A stretch of 63,995 nucleotides of DNA, filler included, from Basidioascus undulatus (lineage: Eukaryota), in the NCBI GenBank assembly GCA_000826855.1. It is 9 parts of 9 records of this genome, joined end to end, with 100 filler letters (N's around TTAATTAATTAA, not from the genome) between each part and the next. Parts side by side here need not be neighbours in the genome. Positions count along the whole stretch, not along the records: positions 1 to 25,630 come from JTLS01000209.1; 8 more parts are not named here. One strand, 5' to 3'. The position numbers and the translations under genes were made by a program. The notes beneath the pieces are model-generated. The model was not told where the DNA came from and searched no databases. It was given only the letters and a program-made list of their open reading frames with translations. The stretch's first letter is position 1; every line of letters begins with the position of its first letter. Shown here piece after piece: positions 12,944 to 25,630 of this stretch.

Positions 12944-13623
12944 GCCTTTCTTGCGGGTGCTGTTAAGCTGCCATGCCCGGTCGTGACGGACGAGGCCTAT
13001 GCAATTAAGGGACCTTGGCAGAGGAAGCCCATGCAATATATCAGACTTCGTTGAGATTCGTGCATTTTGCGGATTACCGAACTGTGTGAAACGGTTTCTC
13101 AGAAACTGCAATCTTTGTTGATCAATCTTCCAGAGAAACGTTCTTGCGAAGGTACGCCGTAAGCCCCCGCGACAATCTCCCAGTTTGGGGGAAACCCTTC
13201 TGCACTAGCCTGATTGCTCATATTACACTAGGAATTTGTTATCACAGTGTACGTGATGTTTGTTTGGGCGTAGATTATCGGTACTGCTGCGCTAACACTG
13301 ATGGGAACTTAAAGGCTGCAGTGCCTTTTTCCCTTTGCTCTGACCAAAAGAAGCACCCAGTATGGGGTTTACCCTCACAGTACGAAGGCCCTAAGCTTTA
13401 CATTGATCTTATGACATCGTATACTGCGCTTTGTGTGGCCCGCTGAACAAAAAAGTAGGTGGGCATGTGGCGGCAGTCAGCAGGCATGCCGCCGGCCCGA
13501 AGGATGACAACTTCTTGAACCCGCTAAGAAGGAGGTTGCGCTTAAGGATTTAAAAATCAGGAACAAATTCAAGTCGAGTCAGTCAAGTCAGTCCTTTTAC
13601 ACACCTTTGGACGTGGTGCATCT

Positions 13624-15948
13624 TCAGTTAAGGAGCTGAGGCCCTCCGGGAAGGGTCCGGCGGCCATCGGCTGGGTTGTTCATAAGTTGTGAAACGTGTA
13701 TGCCGCATAGGAAATGGTTACTAACTTCATGGAGGTTCTCTGCATTTCGAAGCCTCGAGAGGTCTGTACAAACCGCCGCGCCGGAGTGCTCGACGATGGG
13801 AAACCAGCGTGCACGGCGTGGATCCATGTCTTCGCTTGAGGCCCCAGACTGCATAGGAAACTTGCATAATCTCCAGGTAACCATGGTATCAGATAAATGA
13901 CATTTTGGAAAAAGCTTACGTCGTATCATCCGACATAAGGGCACCTCCGGGCTGCCGGTGGCGGTCCAAGGTCAGCTTTGGAGCAATCTGTCATTACTTG
14001 GAGCGGGCAATGGAGCGACCTACCAGTCTACTTGAGCTAGGCTCGCCCCTGCGTGGAGGGGAGTGTTCCAAAGAAGGTCCGGTATTACTATGCTCTGTAT
14101 GCTCTGGCTCGTTTGGAGGAAGGGCATCCCTAATGAAGCGCTCGAGGAGGACTTGCTGTCCGAGGAGAATTTTTCGCGATCTGCCGAAATGAGATGCGCA
14201 TATCAGAGCCAGGGCCGCCCTGGGGAAAAGCCAAGAGTAATATAAGCGGTGAACTGTGATTGCGGGCTGAATCACCCGTACGCACAGGCGATGGTACCCT
14301 GTATTGGCCCCGTCCCCAAACGGGGTGGGTGTTCTGAGGCAGTCTTGCAGTCGAAGGGACATCGTTCCTATTTAGGGAGGAGGAAATGAAGGCTGATGAC
14401 GCTGGAAGGGAAGCAGTAGGTACACCGTCTGGCGACCCAATCATGGCGGGCCCGAAGGGTATGCCGCTGCGTGGGTGTACGGAGTGGAGGCGGGTGCGAC
14501 TCAAAGCTGGGGCCGTTTCTGCAAGAGGCAGAGCATGTCGAAGCTCGGTGCAGCCGAACCATGCCATTACAGGCGATGTGCCGGCAATCAAGACCCAAAA
14601 GGCCAACGCCTGGGCTGTCGGGCCGGCCAGTACTAGAAAGGCGACGAGCAACGCAACGCCGGCTGCTTCAAGTGACTGGTGTGACCATAGCGAAAGCATG
14701 CGATACGCTCGACTTTCTGGTGACCAGGAAGAGCACAATCGCCAGTACGCAGCTGCGGCGGTGCTCGACATTGAAGAGAAGGCAAGGCTGACTGAACATG
14801 AGACCAGATCTGGACGACGGAATCCCTTGGCAAGAGAGACGTGAATGTGATAAGAAGGCAGCTTGTCTTGGAGTTTATGATCAGACATAGAGTCTGAAAT
14901 CTAGAAAGAGAGGGAGGAACGGACGTACAAGGATGAGCGGCAAGATGCGCCACGCCGTGTCTCTTTTCTGAGCGCGGCGATGAGGCTCGACGCGTATCAG
15001 GATAAGCGTTAAGGCCTGAAAGAGCTCGTCCGTTGCGAATTTGGTGTCCTCCAATTCTGAGACGAAAGTGTGAGACTGAATGACCTGGTCGAGACCGTCG
15101 GCGGCGCAGGCAAGCACGGAGTGCATGCCGAAGGCCTCGAGCTCCTCAGCGAGAGCGTAAAAGTCCACGGGCGGTCCGGCTTTGTCCGTCGTCCAAAGCT
15201 CCAGGAAGAGGCGAATGCTGATATTCTGCCAGGCGCCTTGCGTGCCTCCTCGTCCCGGGCCGGAAAAACGACGGCTGGTACACGCGTGGTACCAGAACGG
15301 ATGGGACTGGAAACGGGGTATTCGTTGTCCGATGCCGCGAATGTTCGAGGATGTTTGGCGCGGACGATTATCGGAGTAAGGGACGTTTGAAGGTTGACTA
15401 GCACGGCGAGGGCAGCCCCGCTGCCGCCGAGGCTGAGCAAAGCCGAGTAGAGCTGCAAGAGCGTCGCCTTGAGGGTCTGTAACGACTTGCCAAGGCCGCT
15501 CCATGCCTTTTCTTCCGCAACTGATAGAAGAAGGGCTCAAACTGTGAATTAGCCTCCGTGGTAGCACTCCAGGACATGATCTGTACTGACTTCGCGTCGA
15601 AGCGATTGATGGTGAAAATCGGAGATTCTCTCCGCACACTCGACATCCCAGCGGAACCCTTGAAAAGACGGAAGCTGAAAACCCTTCGAGAAGGTAAACA
15701 AGGGAAGGGAGTAAGTCCATAATCAAAACGGACCTTCGCTTCTCGAAATGGCGCCGCTGGGCTCGGACGTGGGCGCGACAGGTGGTGCGCTGTGGTGTTC
15801 CACCGTCCTTGCGAGGAGGGCTAAAGAATGAATAAAATGAGGTGAAAAGCCCGTTCTTTAAGTACCTTGTGTCCACCGTCAGTGAATTTGCGTTCTTCGT
15901 CGTTAAAAAGGGATCTTGCAGCGCAACCGTCAACATTTTGGCTGACAC
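13624..15948 (-). CDS. Hypothetical protein with probable transmembrane segments
   Basis: Long co-directional minus ORFs (14881-15948, 14130-14888, 13994-14362, 13624-13944); CxxC (CRVC) near the N-terminus; hydrophobic stretch AAGVALLVAFLVLAGPTAQALAFWVLIAG. Boundaries uncertain. Confidence 0.4.
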
Positions 15949-17236
15949 ACAAAGAACTCTCCTGAAAGGGCACCAGTCGCAAACGAGGATACGTGGTACG
16001 AAAAGGTGTTCAATCTGTCTAATCCCGTCCTTCAGGTGACAGACGGGTGTCTACACAGAGAAGTGCAAACTCCGGCATAGCCTTGGAAGACGTTGCACTC
16101 GACTATCTTAAAAGGCCGCCAGAGAATAACACTACGATAGCTTAAACAGCTTGCGCGGCAGAGTTGCGCTCTGCAATACTCAAGAATAACGTGGCATTGC
16201 AGGCTGCGTTGTCGAAATGGCACGCAAACAGCGACAAACACGGAACACTGAACGGCACAGTAACCCGTGGCTTCTCGAAGTGCACCGCCACGAAGACTGG
16301 TTGCGAGAACCGGCTTGGCGTGATCCAATCTGCTGGCCCTCATGAGAGAAGGAGGACTGGGTGGTGCGGTGGCCGCCGGCGATATGGACAGACGCTTCGC
16401 CGTGCTTCCAGCTTCCACAAGACTTCGCTTCGAGATGCGTGCCGGTGCTGACCTGCAGGTGGATATCTGTGACTGTCTGTCGATCGATGAGGATGCGCAT
16501 TGAAGATGACCGAGCACTGCTTCTAGCTGCTATGAGCGGCTGCTGGGCGGGAGACACCGGCATGCGGGTGTTCCCGCCCAGCGCAACTGTATCGACACCC
16601 ACTACACACACCCTCTCTCAAGCCGCAAACAGGAATGACATCTCCTGCTCAACTGAGGCCTCATGACCCTTGGTCTGCTCCCCTTCGTCGATGGCGTGGC
16701 TGGGTGCGCGCTGGTACGAGCTAGGGCAACCGTTGGCAACCGCTGCACTCCGCGGAACACCGGAGACGAGCAATTACGTTTCCATTGGCCCGCCGGGCCA
16801 TTTCGGCACTTTGGCTCCTTTCTGCTTAAGTATTGCCCCGATATGCCTGTTTATATACTTTGACTTGTTCTGTATGTTGAAACGTCAATGGAGAAGCCCT
16901 TTGCAATGGCACCTTCCAAAGCGGGCAAGTGCACGTGAAGGGAACAACCTTCCCCAGATTTTAGAGAGAATGAACCCCACAGAAATGACATCGTATCTTC
17001 CATTCGGCCGTCATCCGTTTCTCATTGCTCTGCTCAGCTCGCACCCTTCCTCCCCAAGTAAGGAACATCTCCACCTGCACCATCCTCAACCGCAACGAAG
17101 CAAAGGCCCTTTTTACACTCAGGTCCCCCACCTCTTCGTCCCGCCCACCATCCTTCGTATCGCACGACCCCTCTTTCGCGTCTTCGCGCCCACTCGACCC
17201 ACCACTACTCCACGACTTTTCAGTATCTCTGCAACA

Positions 17237-19116
17237 ATGGGCAAGGAGCGTGTCGCTATCATCGGCTCTGGTATGTTTCAATATTGCAGAAGGGGACCCA
17301 AGATCGGGAGCTGACGAGCGCGGGTCATTGATCAGGCAACTGGTGAGTCGTAGACAGAAGGCGCACGGCCTTCCGTCATCGACCGGCCCGCTGACGCTGG
17401 CGGTCTCCTCCCTTCGCAGGGGCTCTGTCGCTGCCCGTATCGCTGCGCAGAACACCCTCGAGCACTCTGATGGTGAGCTCTTCTCACAGGAAGATGCACG
17501 GAGCAGTATCGGTTGGGTCTGGGACTGGCGCTGACAACGTCTGGTGCGGGGGGAGCAGTTTTCGAGAAGGACGTCCCGATGTGGGTGTTCCAGGAGCAGG
17601 TTGACGGCCGCAACCTGACGGACATCATCAACGAGGTTCGTGGACTCCTTAGACCTGGTTGCGGCGACGCGGGGCCCGGACGATGCGGGGCACGCGCTGA
17701 CTTCTTGCTCGTGTACCTCTCTCCCTTGGCGTCCACAGAAGCACGAGAACGTCAAGTACCTCCCCGGCATCAAGTTCCCCGAGAACGTGATTGCCAACTC
17801 GGACCTTGTAGACACCGTCAAGGACGCTACTCTTCTCGTCATCGTCATCCCCCACCAGGCACGTCTCCCTTCGCCCATGGTCGCCTTCAAGATGACTTTC
17901 CCGCTGACACCACGCCTACTCTCAGTTCCTCGGCAAGACCCTGCAAACCCTCAAGGGCAAGGTCAACCCGAACGCCCGTGCTGTCTCCCTCATCAAGGGT
18001 GTCGAGGTCAAGGGCTCCGAGATCCACATCTTCGCGCAGGTCATTGAGCGCGAGCTCGGCATCCGTTGCTCTGCGCTCTCCGGCGCCAACATTGCGTCTG
18101 AGATCGGCCTGGAGAAGTTCTCCGAGACTTGTGCGTAATCTCTGATCGAGTTACACCAGGGCAGGAACACGCATGCTGAGCGTGGTGCGGGGCTTGTCTG
18201 TTATAGCTATCGGGTACACCGACCCCGACGACGGCAAGATCTTCAAGAAGCTCTTCGACCGCTCGTACTTCCGTGTCCAGACGATCGAGGACGTTGCCGG
18301 TGTTTCCCTGTGCGGTGCCCTCAAGAACAGTACGTCTCCGTCGACTTCGCTTGCACCTGTTCTACCGTCGCTGACCCGGTGATCTGCAGTTGTTGCGATC
18401 GCTGCGGGCCTGAACGACGGTCTTGAGTGGGGTGACAATACGTAAGACTGCCGTTTCCTATCATCACCCTTCACGAACTGACACCGGCCTTTACATATCT
18501 GCAGCAAGGCCGCGATCATGCGGATTGGTCTGATGGAGATGAAGCAGTTGTACGTCTTCATGTCCTATCGCTCCACCTATCGATACATACTTATCCGAGG
18601 AACCTTGATACAGCTGCCAAGAGTTCTTCCCGGGCACCAAGGACGCGACGTTCACCGAGCAGTCCGCTGGTGTCGCCGACCTCATCACCACCTGCCTGGG
18701 TGGCCGTAACCGCAAGGTTGCGGCGGCGTTCGCCAAGACCGGAAAGGTTCGTTTTTGAGCACGAAATACTCTTGTAGTATGAGTTGCTGATACGGTTCAA
18801 CTCTCAGTCGTTCGACGAGCTCGAGAAGGAGCTCCTCAACGGCCAGCGTCTGCAGGGTACCTTGACCGCTCACGTACGAGATGCTTCTTTCCTGCTTGCT
18901 TATGAAATTGTCACTGACTTGTTATTCTATGGATAGGAGATCTACGAGTACCTCGAGCACAAGGGCCGTGTCGATGCCTACCCTCTGTTCCGGTTCGTCT
19001 AGACTTCATGCGATACATCTCGACAGTCTAGCTGACCTTCACGGTCTTCCTGTAGGACGGTCTACGAGATCTCCTACAAGAACCTCCCCCCCAAGCAGCT
19101 CACTGCTCGTTTGTAA
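17237..19116 (+). CDS. GPD1: Glycerol-3-phosphate dehydrogenase [NAD+]
   Basis: [16 protein letters not shown] Rossmann motif, [68 protein letters not shown]; stop TAA 19114-19116. Confidence 0.97.
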
Positions 19117-20635
19117 ACGTCCGGCACCTCATACCCCTTTTTCTCCATTCACCTCACGACTTCTGGGAGGACCCACATATTTTGCGTCGCACGTTCGACA
19201 CTTAGCATATTGACGACGAGTAAATGTACCACCTCGCAGCATAACAAAAGGATAGACTTCGACTTTGGCTATATTTCTTGCTTGTCTCGTCTGCCTGGTG
19301 GACAGATCTTTGATGGATGCGCGTACACCAGGGCACACTAAATTGAAGTGGTCAACAGCTCCTCGACGATGACAGAAGCATATCCCCCTTTCCTCCTCCT
19401 TGCCCCATCCTCTCAGCCGCGTCCTTATGACCCGGACTCCCCGCTTCGGCCATCCCTTTGCCCCTCTCCCTTGGACGGAGAGCGTCGGCGCCGTCGACTG
19501 CGCTTGTTGTCCAGCTCGCGGATTCCGCTCTCGCCAGTGCGATCCTGTAATAGCCCAGACAGCCAAAAATACGCCTGCCGCTGCGAGTCGTACGCCGATG
19601 TCCTCGCGCCACGACATAATGTTTGGGAGCAGGGCTGTTAATTACGTTCGGCCGTGGAGGGTAGATTGTGTTTGTTTGTGGCCCGGAGTTCGCAGTGGGC
19701 AATTTGCGAGGGGGGTTTGGGTGAAGTTGATGGAGGGCAATGGAGGGGAAGAGGAGGGCAAATGATGCTGAGCAAATTGTGAGCAGATAAGGGCGATGGG
19801 GACCTGTCGATACCAATGGTAGGCGCGCACTAGCAAACAGCCTGAGGAGGTGCGTGTGCCCATCTGCCGTTCGGCACGAGTTCCTTGTACCCTCCCACAC
19901 TCTCCTCGTTTCCGGTGTGCAGTGCAATTCAGCAGTAGTTTTCGTGCCATACTAAAGAGATCATCTAGTTTTTCGGGCCGATGCGACTGGCCCGTGTGCC
20001 ACTGCCCGGGTGTGGTAGCGTCGACAGGAATTTTCTACGTATAAGCAGCCTCACCTCGCACAATGCACGTCAGGCATGCACATCTCATTGCTGTGTACAT
20101 GCGCCCTCCCTTTTTTTCGCGTTTGTCCTGACATCGAAGGCCGCGGGATCGTCTTGTCAAGCGAGCTGCCTTGTGCGAGTGTTCTCCTGGCATCGCCCTG
20201 CACGCCTTACACAACCCTTAGCAGGGAATTTCAATCATTTCCATCATGTTCATGGACACTGCCACCCCTACTGGTGCTGCACACTTACAGCTCGGCGTTC
20301 ACTACCAGCACTCTGCTGAATCGGATGCTCGCAATCCCCGTCACCGCCGTCTCTCATCCCATGAGCGAGAGCGACCCTTCCCGCGCAAATTTAGCTGAAT
20401 AGGGGATGATGGTTCAATCCTTTTCTATATTTCAAACGTCTGGCATCATAACCCCGATATTGTGTGAGGGGCGAAACGGCTTGAGCATGGATCGTTGGCA
20501 TCGAACGGTGTCAACCTCTCGACAAGACTGCGAATGAATACCTACAGTTTCTCTACCGCGTGGTGTGGTGTTTCTTCTTTAAAATTTGGACTGCACCGTT
20601 ATACACGAAACTATTCAAGATGCCTTGGGCCGGTT

Positions 20636-21013
20636 CCTAGGAACGAGTGAAACGCGTCACCGTTACTCTCCTGATAACTTAATGTTTCCGACTGCGAGCT
20701 CGTTGCCACCGAGGGTTTGACGAGTTCGGGTATGTTTATTTTATTCTCGCTTCAGATTCTCCCCTAGGTCTAGGTGAAGAAACGACTTGTGGGTGGTGCG
20801 GTAGACCGGAGGCGGCTGCCCGGGAAGAAGCGAAGTGCGACTTTGACAAAGGGGTGTGTGTTCTGATTGATTGATATCTGAGTGTAGCAATTATTCCAGT
20901 TTGTTCCATTGCGGCGTGTTCTGCCGATCCCTAGGAACAGTTGAAACGCGTCCTGAGGCATAGAAAACTCAGGCTGCGTGCTTTTCTCGAGCGCCTCTCG
21001 TCCTCGTTGCCAC
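20636..21013 (+). repeat. Degenerate ~300-nt duplication with conserved motif islands upstream of the LPMO gene
   Basis: CCTAGGAAC-N3-TGAAACGCGTC at 20636-20658 and 20930-20952; CTCGTTGCCAC at 20699-20709 and 21003-21013. Confidence 0.7.
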
Positions 21014-21376
21014 ACATGGCGCTGCCTCTCCTCCTTTCACACACTCAGGAACCCCACATCGTCCAAACATATTGGTTCATGACGTAGCAGTCCTGATCGG
21101 AACCAGGAACCACCCATTTGTTTCATCTCCCAAAATGGGCTGTCGAAACTTGCACGAGGCTGCTGCGCCTCGCTGCGAAACGGTACCTTCTCCTTCACGC
21201 AATAACTCCGACACAGTCGAGGCACCGTCTTGCAGATGTAAAATCCCGGCCATCTTCGAGGACGTTGGTTCCCCATCACTCGCATCTTCCTCGCCTGTCG
21301 CACTTCACCTCCTCTCTTCCACGAGGGCGCCATCACTTTCATTCCCTTTCCCTCTCTCGCCGCACACTCGCTCAAC

Positions 21377-22996
21377 ATGGCGCCCTCCTTCACTTCCCGC
21401 TCGGCGCTGGCCGCCGCTGCTGCTCTCGTCCTGCCCGTCGTCGTGAACGCCCACGGCATTGTTACCAGTACGCCCCTCACCACTGTTTAAACAGCATGTT
21501 GTTCTTTCTAGGCTCATCCGCCTTTTCTGACTTCCTCTCACAGAAATCGCTGTCTCTGGCGGGCAGACGTACACCGGTCCCATCATTCCCGACTCGAGTG
21601 ACAACTCTCCGATCTGGCATGTCATCAACAACTCGCCGGAGACGTCGGCTTCGGTATGTCTCTCACTTTCTCCTACCTTATGAATCATCGCTTACGTTTT
21701 TGCCTGCATTTCAGGACCCCAACATGTTCTGCGGTCAGGGCGCCACTCCCGGCTCGCAGACGCCCGAGATCGCCGCTGGCTCGACGCTTGACATTTCGTG
21801 GGCTTCCGGTTACTCTTCGCCTGGCTCCAACTGGCCACACGTGGTATGTTGCTGTTTTCAGTCAGATGCATGACGACTCGCTCACACAAGCTCTCTGCTC
21901 CTCTCTATAGGTTGGTCCTGGTGAGTAGCTGCGCTTTGGTGGCCGAGAACGTCAACTGACTTGCCGATGCGGTACAGTCATGACCTACATGGCCAAGTGC
22001 GATGGCGACTGCGCCTCGATGAACAGCGGAAACTCCAAGTTCTTCCTCATCGACGAGAAGAGCGGCTCCGGCAAGACCTGGGACCAGGCGAAGCTCCGTA
22101 CGTTACTTCCCGTTTGTTGTGCTTCAGAATCGCATTCGAGACTTATCGATCCTCTCATACTCTGCACAGATGATGGACAGCCTCTTTCCGTCACGATCCC
22201 CGCTGATCTCGCCCCCGGCAACTACCTCGTCGTAAGTCCTGCTCACCCTCGCTTTCTATCTTTCTCCTGTTTCTGACCTCCTCTTTCCCTCCCTCAGCGC
22301 CACGAGATCATCGCGCTCCACAACGGAAGGGAGTACTACCCCAGCTGCTCCCAGTGGAAGGTCACCGGCAGCGGTTCCCTCAACCCGACCGACACCGTCT
22401 CCTTCCCCAACGGCGGCTACGACGAGGCGAGCCCGTCCCTTCAGACTTACCCGCCTCTCGACGGCTACAAGTTCCCCGGTCCCTTGACGTGAGCATCCGG
22501 AATAGATTATTCCTACTGAACAGCTTCAGCTGACAAAGTAGTCTCGACAGTCCCGTTGGCTCTGGCTCTGGTTCGAACACGCCTTCTCCTCCCGCCTCCC
22601 CCGCTGCGCCGAGCTCGCAGCCCGCTCCTGCGTCCTCGCCTGCGCCCGCCTCTGAGTCGACCCCCGCTGCCTCCACGTCCCCCTCCGCCTCTGCCCCCTC
22701 TCAGAACCCCGCGGACACCGGCGCCGCTCCCTCCGCCCCCGCCGCTCCCTCTCCCTCTGGCTCCACCGCTGGCTCCACCGACTGCAGCGCCGCCTGGACT
22801 TGTAAGTCGCCCATCACGCCCTCAGAAGCATACGTGACTCACAGTCTGCCGCTATCTCACAGCCTGCAACGCTGGCTGGACGGGCAAGGACAAGTACACC
22901 TGCCAGACTGAATACGTTGCCTGCATCGCCGGCTCGCCCAAGACCCGCCGTAACACCCACCGCGTCGTCCGCGGCGTCACCAACAGCTCGGCATAG
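21377..22996 (+). CDS. Lytic polysaccharide monooxygenase, AA9 family, with Ser/Pro/Ala linker and C-terminal four-Cys module
   Basis: Signal peptide ending VNA followed by His1 (HGIVT, 21452); NWPHV|VGP|VMTYMAKC; IPADLAPGNYLV|RHEIIALH...EYYPSCSQWKVTG; VSFP; YKFPGP; low-complexity linker; Cys module; TAG 22994-22996. Confidence 0.93.
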
Positions 22997-23355
22997 ATTG
23001 CCCTTTGTTCAACACCCTTTGTTTGATACCACTCTGGCTCCGGCTGGTACCGAGTTGCTAGAATTGTTGCACCCGAATTGCCTGTATCACCGCTCTTCGA
23101 GCGGGTCCGCTCTTTTTATTGGTTAAATTGGCCTGGTTGCCGTTTTAGATTTATCTTTTGCCCTTAAGCGCCTTCAAACAGGACCCGTGTTTGAACGCTG
23201 CGCCGGACCAGCACTGACGGACTGAAGTCGGCCCGCTCGGCGCATCCGCCTTTCTCACCTTGACCATCATACGCTCGCCCTCACGCACTCCGCACATCTC
23301 CAGCTACCGGGCTTCCAAAGCGCTCGAGACATCTGACTCTTTTGCTACTTCTCGA

Positions 23356-24664
23356 TGGGACCGATCGACAACCTTTCACTAGTCCGCACGCTAGCCGAGC
23401 ACCTCAGCCCTCGCGATCTCAGCGCTTTCTCGAGCATCTCGGCTCAATTTCGCATCGTTCTTCTGCCGGACATTTTCTTGACGAGCGTCATCCGATTTTA
23501 CAACCGTGCAGCGAATCTGCCCATCCTCCAAGCGAAGCCGGAGCTTCGCGAGCATGTTCGGTGAGTCGCCGTCGAGTCTTCAGTCTTGGCTGATTGGCTG
23601 AGCAGGAGTCTTCATATGATGCACAGGAGAATATCGTCCATTGATGTATCCCTCAGGGGCAGATCTGACTGACTTGGCCTTTGACCTTGCCTCATTTCCG
23701 CACTTGCGCTCGATCTTTTCTTCTTCCACAGACTGGCGTCTCGTTTCCCCCCCGCGCTTGTCTCTCTCACGGGACTCGAAGAGATCTCGGTAGTATTCTT
23801 GCTGCCTACCGGCACTCTGATGCTGTCGAGGACATCATTCTCCTCATGCGCAGCTCGAGCCAGACGCTTCGGCGCGTCATCCTCGATCTCAATGATACCG
23901 CCGACGGGCTCACCTCTCGTGATTCGAGCGGCCTTGAACGAGCGCTCCTCGAGATGCTTTTACTATCCTACCTTGAGCTGAAGGACACCATAAGTGAGCC
24001 GGTCTTCCTTTGTCGACAACAAGGTGGGAAGCCGCCTTCCCGCCTGCTGAATTGCGTTACTGAGCTCGTTTACCGGGGAACGGTGCATCCGAATGAAGGC
24101 CTGTTTCAACGGTGCATTCCTCTTCACTCTCTCATGCTGCTTGCGAGCGATATCTACATCCACCCTCCTTTTGACACGGACTTACTCAAAGTCGTCCGCG
24201 ATCTTCATCCTGTGCCTCTCAGAGAGCTTAAAGTAGTTGTGGCGAGGATAGACGCGCTCTTCATGCACGAGTTTGCCGGCTCTCTGCCTGACCTTCGTCG
24301 TCTCACGGTGCGCAGTGATCTACTAAGCAGCCGTGGCCCGCTTCATGTGAGGCTGTGAGCGCGTCCCCCCATACAATTCCCGTGTCCCCCTATAGTACAC
24401 AGGCGTGCACTAACAGCTGCACTATTTTCTTTGGGGGGACGTTGTGGCTGCCCTGGCTCGACTTTCGCTCAAAGAGAGACTCTGCACGTCCAGTTTGGTT
24501 ACTTTTCGGCCGATGTTGTCGAATCTTGCAGGCGGCTGCATCACGCTGCGATCCCTCGCGCCGTAAAGGCTCTCCCCGCCCTGCAACATCTTCGCTTGCA
24601 GCTGGCAATTTGGGATGAGGAAGAGCCAGAGGAGGGAAACCTTTGGGAGGGCGGTCGTGATTGA
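23356..24664 (+). CDS. F-box-like/LRR-like hypothetical protein
   Basis: N-terminal LAEHLSPRDLSAFSSISAQFRIVLLPDIF resembles an F-box; downstream exons have LRR-like LxxLxL units (TLRRVILDL, LRELKV, LRRLTV, LQHLRL). The 3' end is uncertain and may be frameshifted. Confidence 0.55.
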
Positions 24665-25630
24665 GGTTTTCCCACGTGTGAGTGGGCGGGTGGTCATTCT
24701 CGAAGACAGCAGGTAAGAGAACGGCTGCATACTCCGTTTTGAGACCAAAGCAAACACTGACACACATGCTGGTCCAAGATACTACAGCACCATGCTATGT
24801 AACTATCTGACCTCGGTCGGGGCATGGGGTGGTGGTTCGGTGAGGTATGACCGAGGGGGCAACATCGGCTCTGAATCATGCATGACAGCGGTACGACGCG
24901 CTGTCAGTCTTTTGCGCGCGAGGACGTGCATGCGAGTAAACTCAAGAGCGCTGTTGAAAAGGCAAATCACATCAGCACACCTTCACACACGACTGAGCTG
25001 AGATGGGCAAATGACCCCCATCCGGCTGGGCGGTTTTTGTCCGTTTCACTCCTTGGTCTCAACGTGAAGTATGCAAGGTGTACGAGGAGCACGAAATTCC
25101 GTGATGCGGTTGCAGAATTATCTGAAAGGTCTCTCAACTGCTGCGAAGCTCAGCAACTTACGATCTACCACAAATCAAACTGAGTCTGACCCCTGCACGA
25201 CCGAGCAAACAAATACAAATGCGACATGCAATGAGCAACACCTAATAGCCTCCCTTCCCAAAACAAAACGAAGCGGAGCGAATGAACGTCGAACAAGTGT
25301 ACTATACGAGGAAAAAACGATGCCTGCGACCAAACGAAATACGGGAAATACGCATGCGCGGCAGGCGGACAGTCACCAGTGAGTGGACCTTGATCGATAT
25401 TACTAAGTTACGTAGATAGGTGGGTGGGTAGTAGGCGTGGGTTGTCTAGGATACGTTTTTGTGTGCGGGAGGGCGGGCGAGGGTGGGGTGTTATCGAGTG
25501 AGGTGTAGGGTAGGAAATCGGAGCGAGAAGGCTGGCGAAAGGAGGCGGAAAAATCATCGCATGATCTCCTCGTAGATGAGGCCTGCGCGCAGGCGAGTCA
25601 GCATCTTGCAAGGAAGGAGGTCGTAAGGTT

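Noticed and set aside
1874..22996. Oxidase + permease + GPD1 + LPMO as a functional (copper/redox) cluster
   Set aside because: Spread over 21 kb with unrelated genes between them, no shared motif seen, and no backbone biosynthetic enzyme or regulator.
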